A stretch of 36,882 nt of DNA. It comes from Spirogloea muscicola. Its lineage: Eukaryota. Below the pieces are notes generated by a model, which saw only the letters and a program-made list of their open reading frames with translations, did no database searches and was not told the origin of the DNA. Positions within the stretch are counted from its first letter, which is position 1. The number at the start of each line of letters is the position of its first letter. Positions 10,501 through 21,640 of the stretch are shown one piece after another. The DNA is taken from assembly GCA_009602725.1 (NCBI GenBank), contig WELB01000030.1, forward strand, positions 465,674 through 502,555. Reading direction: 5' to 3'. The position numbers and the translations under genes were made by a program.

Positions 10501-10681
10501 GCAGGTGGGCCGGCGGTTCCGTCACTTGATCAGCTTGGGCTTCAGGCTCCTGCATCCTTACTACTGGCCAGGCTCCTTCATGAACTTCTTCGTGGGCATG
10601 CTTGAGCAGGTCTACCAGTGTATGCAGCGGACAGTGCTGTGGCCCTTTGGCCGTCGAGCTTACCGTAACATCCAGCGATGA
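7570..10681 (+). CDS. Conserved uncharacterised plant protein (resembles Arabidopsis AT5G59960)
   Basis: Start A-N-G at 7570; eleven GT-AG exons give LRQLFKDVALEVD, LCFYQVLAEHY, LWSQSFTSQIFALLLHQW, WIDLQSN, LQKIRVEPVLL, LTSPGGPLFPTRPVRHAAW, RHLISLGFRLLHPYYWP. Confidence 0.9.
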
Positions 10682-11299
10682 ATTTTTGCTCTTGCTCGGC
10701 ACCGCTCCTTGGCCAGCCTGAGTCCATATTCAGTTCTGCCCGTCTCTGAAATTTGACTTAGAAGACTAGAGAGCTAGCTCATTGCTTCCGGTAATTCAGG
10801 TCTGGATTTTGCTTCCATCTTTCGGTCTACAAAGGCTTGAATGCCTCTGTTAGCACTATCTCCAATATTCCCAATTGCAGACCCGGCTCACAAATTGGCT
10901 CGTGAAGCATACTTGTGTATGGCTCATTACTTTCCTTTTCATTTTCCTCTCAAACAGTCAGCTTGGCAGGCCAGTCCATCATAAGAGACTACCAGTTTTC
11001 AGGAAAGAGTCACCAATAAAATATATCTAGATTTCAGATCGAAATTGCACAATCTCTGACTCCCAGCGACGACTCTCCTCTTATTTTATGTATGCCAATG
11101 AGGTGTATTGCATCATGTCTATTCAAATCCTGCGCAACACAATCACAGACAGTCGTAGATGTGCTCCCTTTACCAGGTGTAGGTCACTTCGTTCAGTACT
11201 GTAAGAAGCAGAAGCTTGGCACTAGCACTGTTCAGGTTGTTGGTTGCCCAGTTTAATAGCGAAGTATTCAAGTTGCACAATCTTCGCTGCATCTAGAGC

Positions 11300-11720
11300 A
11301 CACTCCTTACTGTGGCATGATTTGTGAATAGCAACTTGCAAATGACGCTGTTCTTGAAGTGCCCCTCCCATTGTGTCATGTATGTGAGTCACTCCCTGAG
11401 AGAGATCGTAACCCAATCACGCCATCACCAAGCAAAATTTACTTGGCATCAAGTGGCTACCAAAGTACAGAGAACCTCTTCCGGCATACACACCGACAGC
11501 AGAAAGCAAATACTGCTTCATTTGATATTTTCGAATAAATCAACTCACTCCTGCGCAAGCCAGGTGGTGGAGGTGGAGGCGAGCAGGCAGGCGGCATGCT
11601 TGTCCTTGTCTACTACAACCACCTAATATGAAAGCAACACAGTGAAGGTGATCGTGTTCAGGATAATATCGATAGAGGTACATAACGTCCATTCTCTGAG
11701 CTTAGCACCGCCTGTAAGCT
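11300..11720 (-). mobile_element. Possible very old RLE C-terminal remnant
   Basis: YLYRYYPEHDHLHCVAFILGGC weakly resembles HKYKDHPAGDTFYPLAMDIHGC; QRHLQVAIHKS weakly resembles RMRLAVSLQRS; order and strand are consistent. Confidence 0.3.
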
Positions 11721-11806
11721 TTCAGCCGCGTCCCTGCTCAAACAAGGCAGGCTGCAAGGCAAAAGTGGAAAAGGTGGACTGTGCATCCCAAAGTAGTTTT
11801 CCAATC

Positions 11807-11960
11807 GAGACAGAAGCTACCAGTAGAGGGCGATGGCTGTGAGTGGCCAGCCCAGCAAAAGAATGAAGGAAATTTGAAGGGGCCAGAGAAAGTGCTAAAG
11901 CACACCGCGCTCAAGTGGCCACGAGGCACTCAGTAAGCCCTATTCAAGAGTACCTCAGCT
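11807..11960 (-). mobile_element. Retroelement 3' end (ORF stop plus 3' UTR double hairpin)
   Basis: VLLNRAY* then TCTGGCCCCTTC..TTCATTCTTTTGCTGGGCTGGCCACTCACAGCCATCGCCCTCTACTGGTAGCTTCTGTCTC; close to the 1340-1552 copy. Confidence 0.75.
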
Positions 11961-12067
11961 GGAAATGGTGAACGAGCGATTGCTGAGATGAACAAATCTC
12001 TGCTTAGAGACTACAAATCAAAACAGAGTAAGAGCACAGCATTGCCCCAGTATGTACAAGCTGAAAG

Positions 12068-15000
12068 CTACAGATGGACACTCAGCTTCGGCTGCTGTAA
12101 AGGTCCAAGCTGGACACCAGCAAGCTGGCTGCTCAAGAATGAGTTGGGGGGCAACTCCAAGCAAGCCAACGCCTTGCTGGCCAGCACACTGTGAAGTTGC
12201 AAGCACAGGGCCGCCATCTGGGACACCACAGGAGGTTGAGAAGACGAATCGCTTGCAATCATCTTGCGACACTCGTGGACATGCTTCGACGTCCCTGCTT
12301 TGACATGGACGGACAAGACTACCCAGATCGACCAGAAACTGCAAACACATAAACAGATGGAGAATGCCTTCATCTTAAGTGATACAGATGTTCCACATGA
12401 GCCATCAGGAGACACAAAGAAAGTATGCAAACCTCAGAGCAGGAGTCATCCTGGTCCGTGTCGACGACTGAGCGTGCCCAGTCCCTGACCCAGCTTAAGC
12501 AGTCCCCAAGGCTGGACCCCTCAGTGCCCGCCATGGCAGCTACAACAGCAGCCGGCGGCATTGCAGAGAGAGCTCGGGACGCTGCATAAGCAGCTGATCT
12601 CCTCACGTATACCTCACAGTGGTGGCACACTCTCCTGCAACCAGGAGCAAAGCGGATGCCAAGACCGCACAATGCAAGCATGACTTTATGATCGTCACAC
12701 ATCATGATGATGAATGGGAGCAGTTTGTTCATATTGGCTACTAGTGTTGAGAGAAGGTGCACATGTGCTGCTCGTCAAATCCGGGTGTTGGCTGCTCACT
12801 CAGTCTTTATCAGCTCCAGCAGTGTAAGTGCCAGGGGCAGAGCCTCTGGCAGCTGCGAGACTCCTTCGACGCACTTGCCCAGCACCTGGAGCATCCTCCC
12901 AAGCAAGACAAAGTCTCGTCCCAGCATGTCGACGCCCTGCCGCCGCTTGTCAAACTCGCGCATCATGGGCAGCATGAAGGCCGCTGCCAGGGGAGGGAAG
13001 GGCCTGCTCAGTGCTACGCTTCCACCTTGCAATCCAGAAGGACGAGCACCTTTGCAGCGCCGCCTGCTGAGCGACTTCCGGCCCCACCGCCTGCTGGTCC
13101 CTCGGACTGCCGACCCTGCCGGCTCAAGAAGATCAGTGCGACGCTCAAATCTGCGCTCGTAATTGAGTAACGACTCTCCACCATGGGCATAAGTGAGAGG
13201 GCTTGGCGCCTCCCTCCAGCCCTGCTCGAGAGTGCCTGGCCTGTCCCAGGCATGACTGCTAGCTGAGGACAAGGCAATCTCTGTGATTAGAGCTGTGCTA
13301 TCCTGCATGTCATCTTGGACCGTCAGCTGCTGCTGCGTTGTCAGCTCCGCCACGGCGTCTGCAGGCAACAGCGAAGTGGGAGCCTTGAAACCAGTCCAGC
13401 AGACAGTCGTAGTCCTCAATGTGCATCCATCCCTTTCGCCATACTCCTGGCAGGCAGGCGAAGATGAGGAAATTGCGGAGGCCCTCAACAACCACATTGA
13501 GAAAGCTCACCTTCCATGACATCCAAGATCAGCAGTCTTTGGCTTAAGTCGACGTTTGGCGAATACAGCTGGCGGATCATGGTGGAGATTGTGGGCAAGG
13601 GGGAAAGCGAAAGGAGCACGACGAGGCCCTTCCGCCGCTTGTCCTCGACCTCCTCCTCTTCTCCTTCCACTGCCACAGAGCTGCAAACGGCGAGACAAAA
13701 TGATGCTCCAATTCATCTTATCTCACATATAAAGTATGACAGATTAAGGAGAACAGAATCACTGCAACATGAGAGAACAGACGCTGACTTGCCACATCAA
13801 CCTCCGTCCAGATCACCTGCTCTGGACGTGGATGAGAGCTTGCGCCAATTCGGCACTGAAATCATCGAGCTCATCTGGCAACGCCCTCACCAGTGGCTCG
13901 ACAGCCCGTAGTGCCCTCTCCACCTGATACATGCAGAAGCCCCAAGCTCAAACGCGCTGACATCTTGCCTGAAAACCACCCCAACAAGAGCTATAATGTC
14001 TTCTCACACAACATCGGCAGGTGTTCCATTCTAGCCCCTGATCTTGTTCCTGCATGGAATTCAAGACATGCCCTCAGGTGGCATATTGTTGTGCAAGAGC
14101 TCCAAAGGTTGGGAGAGAAGAGTGGTCCTCACAGCCAAAGGGTCGTCCCCCTTCCTCAGCTCTGCTGCACAGGTCCTCAGCTGCCTGGGTAGCTTGTCGT
14201 CCAAGTCCTCTTCATCTGCCAAGTTGTAGGCAACAAGCGACTCGTCGTCGCTGCTCCCTGCATCCTCCTGGGCAATCTTCAAAGCTTGCTTGTCTGACTG
14301 GCAGGAAGCGACTACCGCAGGTGAGTCCATGTAATTGTCCCTGTAGACTTTCTCGGGCTCCAACTCTTCAGCCTGTTTTACAGTCTCGTCACCAAAGCCC
14401 AGCCAGTCGCCCTCCCAACCGCAGCCAGGGTCCGGAGTCTCATCAGTCAGGCGGAGGGGGTTGGCTGGGTCCAGAACCATCGAGAAGGCCATGGCGACTT
14501 TCTCAGCTGTCTGCTGCACTTCTGGCAGGGGGCTCTCTAACCTGCCTGAAGAGCAAATTGCACACTGTCATCACACATTAAGTCATTTAAATTAAGAATA
14601 TTTGCCCTGCTGGTTGACGAGTATGCTGACATCAGACAACGATTAAGTGATGCATGCACTCCCAAAGTCAAATTGCTGGCTCACCACTGACCCCTTGAAG
14701 CAGCCAGGCCAGAAGGCTGGGGGTAGCTTCTAGCTCTATCTTGGTCATAGCAGCCATGCATTTAGCAATGGCGGCACTCACAACTGAGAGGCCTTGAGTC
14801 AAGGTCACAGAGTAACAGATGACACAAACTGGTATACGTGCTTATACAATCGCAGTCGCAAGCTATCACTAGTTCAGTGCAATGCCAACTTCACAATCGC
14901 CACTGCATGGATACAGATTTGTTGCTTAAGAGGGGCAGAGCGGATGAACTCGTATGACGCCCACTGCTGCGTCAATCTTCCAATAGCGTCGGCCTGCAGG

Positions 15001-17507
15001 CCACCTCTTTCAGATCTTCTGCTGTCCAGAGGTTGCGGCTTTGCAGGTGGGCGAGGTGGCGAGAGAACAGCGAAAGGGAGAAGAAACTGCAGGCTTTTGA
15101 TGGGGAGCTTTCCGCTCAACAGCAGCTTCTCTGTCAGAAGCAACCTGTAACAGCCCACGAAATTTAGGCTTCAGGGCTTGGAACCCAGAACCCTAGACGC
15201 AGAGACCCCCTGATCTCTAAAGTAGAGCTGGTTGACTTCAGAGTTGGTGATACAGACGAAGTGCATTGGAGATGCACTGAGTAAATTGGTCAACTGAAGT
15301 GATAATTATGCAAGTGTTGGCTTGATGAAGAAAGATATGAATGGTGAAATAGGAAGAGATGAATGTGAAGAACAAGAAGAGCCATGAAGATTCATAACGT
15401 ACCTCAATGGTGCATTCGTCCACAGTAGAACTCCATACAGCTTAACCAACACCCTCCTGGCTGTAGGCAGCGGTAGACCCCGTTGAGATAACTTGAAGAT
15501 TAAGGACTCAGCAAGCTTGGTTGAGGCAAACGAGTCCCTGATGGCACACATGAGATAGTGCCACAACCCCCCACTCAAGCTGTGTTCGTTGTCGCTTCCA
15601 GGTTCACTCTCCGTCCTGCTGAGATTCTCTTCAGCTGTGCTGTCCTCGTCACTAGCCAGAGTTGAGTCCAGTATTCTTTCTGAAGCAAGGTCTGACAAAA
15701 ATGCAAGACCCGAATGCTTGTGAGATTTTGTGGATGAGGACGGACTCTCCAGGACAGGTCCTAGCAGGTCAGAGGAGCACAACAAGGAGGTCATATATTG
15801 AGCTGATGCATGGAGAGGAATGTATCCAGAACTCTCAAAGAAATAATTCTTAATGAGCCCCTTCCATAATAAGTATCATGCCTTAGCATATGTCAGACGG
15901 TGACTGACTTGGAAACTGCAGGCATCATCTTGGAGCCTAGGTATTCACCTGCATGACCACGGCGGCAGACTCGGGCCAAGAATGCACCAGCAAATGCAAG
16001 CGTCATATCAAGCTTGTCGTTCCCTTCTACATTACGGCTACTGCATTCGTTGTCATCTTGCTCGTGTCTAGCTGTCCAATTGTCTTGTACAGCTTGGAGG
16101 ACTTGAGAGATGGTTGAATTGAAAAAGGCTCTGAAGATGTGAGGTCAAGGTCTAGCAAGCACGCACTGATGGCCGTGCAAAGAATAACAATAAGCAATGT
16201 GAAGGTGATACAAGTCATCTGCATAAAACAAAAGATTTATCACTGGCAAGCTCAGTCTCCAGCGCATGCTCATGTCTCGATGGGAAGCAACTACACATAA
16301 ATCCACGCAAGAGAGAGGATACACTGATTGCAGGCCAGCATCGGCTCGCAGTCTGACGCGGTCAGGCACAGAGGCAAGCAGCTGTGCCAGCGTCTCAACC
16401 CGCTTCAAGAGCCAGGCGGAAGCTCCTCCTCCTGGCTGCTCCGAGGCCCTCACAAGGGTTGTGGCCATAATCTGCGCCCCTTGGTGGCCGTCACACAGAC
16501 AGAGGAGCAAGAGCCTGCCCGAAACTAGGTACACGATTAGCTGCCACTGAGGCAGTGAGGAACCTATGTGGAAGAATCATGATGCACCTTGAGCAATTTA
16601 ATGCACAAAGAAGGCTCCAGCTGACACAGCTGAGAATTCAGGCATGCAGCCCAATAACGTGATGTGAAGGATAGGCTTGAAAAGGCTATCTGTTTGCTGG
16701 AAATCGCTTGCCTCTCAGCATGCCTGCAGATTGCACCATTCTGACTGGCCAGGAAAGGCAAGAGAGTCTCCAAAGCCACGGCAGGCGGCGCAGCCAGGAA
16801 GAAGGCACCCAGTAAGTCCACCGGGTCTGCAGAAAGGCTGCCGACTGGCTTGCTTGGGTGGAGCGACGTAATTGGTATGAGCTCCTCTTGCCACTTCGGC
16901 ACAAAGTCTGTGTGGCACATAAGTTGCAAAGTGAGCAATCCATTGGGTGAACTAAAGCTGCTGAACTGACACTACGCCGCTCGATTCCGGAGTGGGCCGT
17001 GGCGATCAGACTCAGCAGGAGCACAGCCCTGACACGGCGACGCAAAACGTGGGATGCCATGGCGATCGACCAACCGAGCAGAAGGATGTGCGCGAGGGCG
17101 TCGAAGAGGCCCTCCTGGAAGTAGGAGCTGCCGTCCACTCCAGCGGCAGCGGCAGCAGCGACTGCCTGAGAAGACCAGTGTTTGTGCCAGAACCTGATGA
17201 CAATCAGCTGGAAAATCTGACCACACTGCAGGCACAGTCCAGGCGGTCTGCAAGCGTCATGAGCCGAAGCGTGGTGATGGAGGACTTGCCTCGGCCAGGT
17301 AAGGGGCCGAATGGGCTGCCTGGCCTGCGAGAGCTGCAGGAGAGCCAGCACGGCGAGACGGATGAGCGGAAGCGAGGCGGCCGGCTCGCCATCTCGGCTG
17401 CGCGGACGCCGCGGGGCGGGCTAAGGCGCTCCACCCGCGGCAGCTGAGGCAGCGGGCGGGCTGGCTGGCGCACCGGCAGCGTCGGCCGGCCCGAGGCGCT
17501 CGGCGAG

Positions 17508-17552
<45 letters not shown>

Positions 17553-17657
17553 CTGGCGCCACAGCCTCGTCGCTCGCGCGGGCCAAGGCTCGCAGCACGC
17601 CCCGCGCGGCGGCGTCGTGGCCGTCGTCGCCGCCGCGGCTGCCGACGCCCGCCGCCA
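12068..17657 (-). CDS. TEL2: Telomere length regulation protein TEL2 homolog (TTT complex)
   Basis: Multi-exon; motifs QGVSGRLESP, AEKVAMAFSMVLDPANPL, LPRQLRTCAAELRKGDD, LVRALPDEL, LSQRLLILDVM, SRRWG, DMLGRDFVLLGRML, EVYVRRS, DTDQDDSCSEMAALCLQLH; exon 1 is interrupted by a 39-nt homopolymer; one GC-AG intron. Confidence 0.92.
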
Positions 17658-17884
17658 TGGGCTGCGCACCTTGTGAAGACAAGGGCAGGAACACCAGCTC
17701 ACTCCTATCTCTACGTGCACTTGATTTCTACGTGCAGATTCGTGGTTACTTAACGGGTCAACTTAGCAGCAGGTGATGTACATCTGTCGATGGGCTTGCC
17801 TTATGTACTTGGCCACTCCGTCACTCAATACACATTCCATAGTCCTCTGTCTGAGCAGTATACCTATACAAGCAGCCATTGTGG

Positions 17885-18040
17885 AGTGCCCAGGCTGCTC
17901 CTTGGTGACTTGCTGCTACTTACTAGGGGTTCCCGTGACCATTCTTCGTGGTCTGCGCTTTCCAGCCCCCTGAGGACCTTGTCATTCTACTCGGCCTGTC
18001 CTCTCACAGCCCTCCCCCCCTTTGGAAGAGCTTATTTCTC
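17885..18040 (+). mobile_element. Degenerate retroelement 3' end with two tandem hairpin motifs
   Basis: LLGDLLLLTRGS resembles LSDLRLLSRGY; then CATTCTTCGTGGTCTGCGCTTTCCAGCCCC and CATTCTACTCGGCCTGTCCTCTCACAGCCCTCCCCCCCTTTGGAAGAGCTTATTTCTC. Confidence 0.5.
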
Positions 18041-19049
18041 ATAGTAAGGTGAAGTTCAATGTCATGAGCAGTGTCTGCCATAGTCGTAGGAAAATAGAAT
18101 GCAGCCCGTGCTTCATTCCATGGCAGGCCCATCTTGCTGTGTCGATTATAGTCAACAGACATCAGAGAGGAAACGTGAAGTATAGAGGTGATTAGCAGTG
18201 ACATCATATGGACAGGATGAGATACGCCTGAGCTTGAGCAGTTATGGGCACCCTGCTCTTGACGCGCTCTGCCGGCGTCCACAATCACCACTTTCTGTCC
18301 CTGCTGTTTGTTCTCCTCACTAGATGTGGTGCAACAATCACTACCCATGCTTAGACTGTCCATGGACTGCAATACGGATATTGGACAAAATCACAAGTAC
18401 GCCCTTCAAGCTTCCGTGGCCTTGTTTAACAGAGTACAGATATGTACAATCAGATGTACAACCAAACTTCAACTCGGAACTGTACAGTTACACACCGGCA
18501 GATATATAACTCCACACCGAAGGGCTTGAGGGACAATTTTCATTCCTCAGCTGTAGGCAGCAGAAAGCCAGGCGGCCATACAATCTTTGCAGTCTTGAGG
18601 ACCTGGTCTGCTTTGGATTGCCTCTCGGCTGCTGTTCCATACTGCCTTTGAGTTCTTAGCCTAGATCCTTCTTCCAGACAACAAAGATGTCACCAACGGA
18701 CATTATGCCACGAATGAGCAAAAGCAGACTTGATCAGGCACTTCCTGCCAAAATGAGTTGAAACAATGCACAAATTGGGGGAAAAATCACTGCCAACTGC
18801 CACTTCATACCCTGTCGAAAATCTACCACCTTCTCTGCTGTGCGCACTGTGCGACTTGTGCACGTAGCAATTCTGGCAGTGGATTATTAAGGTATCAGTC
18901 TCTTGAAGGAAAGCTGAGCCTATGCCTGTGCCCAGCCTTGACAACCAACCTGCCCAAGTTGCCTTCACCAGTCTATCCTGTTAGTACATGGTGTGCCAAA
19001 ATTGAATACACGAGCTACAGCTGAACTCCTCACAAAGACTACTCAAGAC

Positions 19050-20614
19050 TTAGTTGAAGAAGCTCCCTGAGCTGGCCTTCTCCTTGACATCCTGGATGTC
19101 AGACTCAATTGGCTTCGAGCTGCCAGTGACCTTGGTCTTGATGTCCTTGAAGTCTGACTCAACATCCTGCTGTGCGCCAGTGATCTTACCCTTGATCACC
19201 TCGATCTCCTCCAGCAACTCCTTCCTGCTTGACTGCAGATTACAGTGGCAAGCGAACTCAGCATATGTTGGCCTGGCAACATGTGGCTTACATTGCACTG
19301 CACTTATAGGTCAATCTGTAGCATGATGCAAGCATGTAACTGCAGCCGGAGCTGCTGGATGGTTGCTGACCGTGCCACAATGTAAGAACGCCTCTTACCT
19401 TGAAAAGCAAGTACCGGTACACGAACCAACCCGTGTAGCCAAGGCCGACCAGCTCCAGGAGCTTAGGCAGCTGAGATTCATCGCAGATACAAGCCAGTAC
19501 TGTCAACTCAACATGGATACAGGTACTGCTGTGGACAACCCTGTCAGCCGCCTCCATCAAGCACAGAAGAAATGAAAGTAACAAATCTGATTGATCTTAT
19601 GGGATTGTGTGATTCAACCATTACCAGGGGCACAGAGTTCACAGCTCCCACAATGGTAGAAGAGAACCACAGGGCAACAAAAGCACCGCTGGCATAGGCA
19701 ATCACAGCACCCTTGTTCTCGGTCTGCTCCCACTGTATATCATCAAAGCAATTGAGAGCTCAGTCCAATTCTTGCAAGAACACCGAGGACTTTGTGCTTC
19801 GAGCATCGAGAAACAAAGTTGCAGATGAACCCTATCAATCATAATGTAGACTTCTACGGAAGCTTGTGCTATTGCTGATTGAGATATTCATGTACTTAAT
19901 ATCTACAACGAGTATCACACCTGCCATCAGATAAACCTTGACAAGCACATACGTCCAAGTACTTATAATGTATGAGCAATGGCTCTGACGTTTTGTATAG
20001 AGCCATCGAATAGCGTCTCCGCAACCTACCCTCAGCTTCACGTCCTCAACGAACTTCTGAGTCTGGGCAGAGGCATCGGTGGTAGTCGAATCGGGATTGT
20101 AACGGGCACGCACACTCAGGGGAGCATACTGCTGGGCTGGTTTCAGATGGTAAGGGAAGCTGTTAGAAAGATACCAATGTAGGCAGCCGACATTACTTTG
20201 ATTAGCTCCTCATGGCGTCCGAGCACACCATGGGTTACAGTCCTGAAATGTGCTTGACTGCTGAAGTTGACGTTCGGGCTCAATGAGGCAGGGGCATTCT
20301 GGCGATAGCCACCGCTGAGCTGAGCGGCAGACCTGAGCAAGTTCTGTAAGGATGCTTGGATGCTACTCGTCCTGTGTTGTGTCTTCACATAGTGCCAGGG
20401 CCAGGCCCAATGTTACATTCATAGCGGAAAGACGTCAAGAGCAGGTCCGCTGCTCACCCTTGGGGGTGGAGCCGGCGACGGCGAGGCGGCTACCAACAAA
20501 GCCGTTGCGAAGGGCAAGGGGCCTGGCAGCAGCCGCGCTGCGGGGGCGCGCGGCGACGGTGCCCGTGGGGAGGGCGGCCACGGACGCCGGCGAGAAGGTG
20601 GAGACGGCGGCCAT
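19050..20614 (-). CDS. CURT1: CURVATURE THYLAKOID 1 protein (CAAD domain, CURT1A-like)
   Basis: Transit-peptide-like exon 1 MAAVSTFSPAS...; WEQTENKGAVIAYASGAFVALWFSSTIVGAVNSVPL|LPKLLELVGLGYTGWFVYRYLLFK|SSRKELLEEIE; five GT-AG exons. Confidence 0.95.
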
Positions 20615-20798
20615 GGCTGGCGACGGAGAGGAGGCGGGTTCCTTTGGCGGCTGCGGCTTGGCGGCGGCGGCGGTGGCGGCGTCGACGAGGTCTGGTGCTC
20701 GGCTGGCTGGCGATGGCGGCTGCGGAGCTTCAGATCGGGGAGAACGGATGCCTGCCAGGCTTCCCCCTACCGGGGGGGTGGGGGGTCGCGGAGCTGGA

Positions 20799-20950
20799 GC
20801 CACGTGGCAGAAGCCCTGGCCGGCCATTGGCCGGCGGCCTCGCCCGCATGACCTTATGCCGCGCGGCCACTGGTCCAGCGCGGATGTCTTCCATCCATGC
20901 TGGCGTCCAGACGCGCATGCCACGTGGATACTTCGCGTCATGACGCGTGG
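20799..20950. promoter_or_regulatory. G-box cluster upstream of CURT1
   Basis: Palindromic GCCACGTGGC 20799-20808, GCCACGTGG 20919-20927 and 14-bp palindrome CGCGTCATGACGCG 20934-20947, 185-335 bp upstream of the ATG. Confidence 0.6.
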
Positions 20951-21050
20951 CGCTGCCGCGTGCGCGGAGGCGGACTTTGGCGGCCGTCAGCTGCTCATGG
21001 GTGGCTACCCGTTGAGGGACTTCTGAATAGGAAATATCCGAAACGTCACA

Positions 21051-21640
21051 ATGGCCGTCCTAGCTACCTCTGGGTATGCGGTCGCCGGCGCCGCTCGCGC
21101 CAAGGAGCTCAAATACGCTGACCATCCGCCGGCAGACAAGTTCTTCCTGTTGGCCATAGACACCCATGCCTTTGTACTTGGCCATTGGCCTATGTTTGTT
21201 TCAAATACACGAAATTTTCACCCATGGGGCGCTGGGCGCTCGGTGGCTCGAGCTGCTCACCCAGCTCGCCCGCCACACCATCGCCCGTCGCTTCCATGGG
21301 GAGCCTGTAGACTTCCCTGCAGCAGGGTCGCTGGCGCAATTGTATCGCATGCGCCTGGCCGTCTCGCTGCAGCGGTCGATGGCCCGTGCGCTGCACCTTC
21401 GTGCCGGCCGGGCTCTTGCTGCTGCCTCTGGCTCTGGCCAGGGGACCCACTTTCAGGACCCTAGCCTCTCTGATTTGCGGCTGCTTAGCAGGGGTTACTG
21501 AGTGCTTTGCAGCTGCTTTCTTTCTTTGTGTGCTTTGTTTTCTTAGCGCTTCCTCTGGCCCCCCTTCTCGTACTTTGTTCATTCTTTTTTGGGCTGCTTT
21601 TCCAGCCCCTATCCTCAATGGGCGAGCCCTTCTCTCTGCA
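21051..21640 (+). mobile_element. 5'-truncated CRE-like RLE retrotransposon (RLE C-terminus, stop, 3' UTR)
   Basis: GYAVAGAARAKELKYADHPPADKFFLLAIDTH/GALGARWLELLTQLA...LYRMRLAVSLQRSMARALHLRAG...LSDLRLLSRGY* (stop 21501); UTR with TTTGGGCTGCTTTTCCAGCCC..CTTCTCTCT. Confidence 0.85.
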
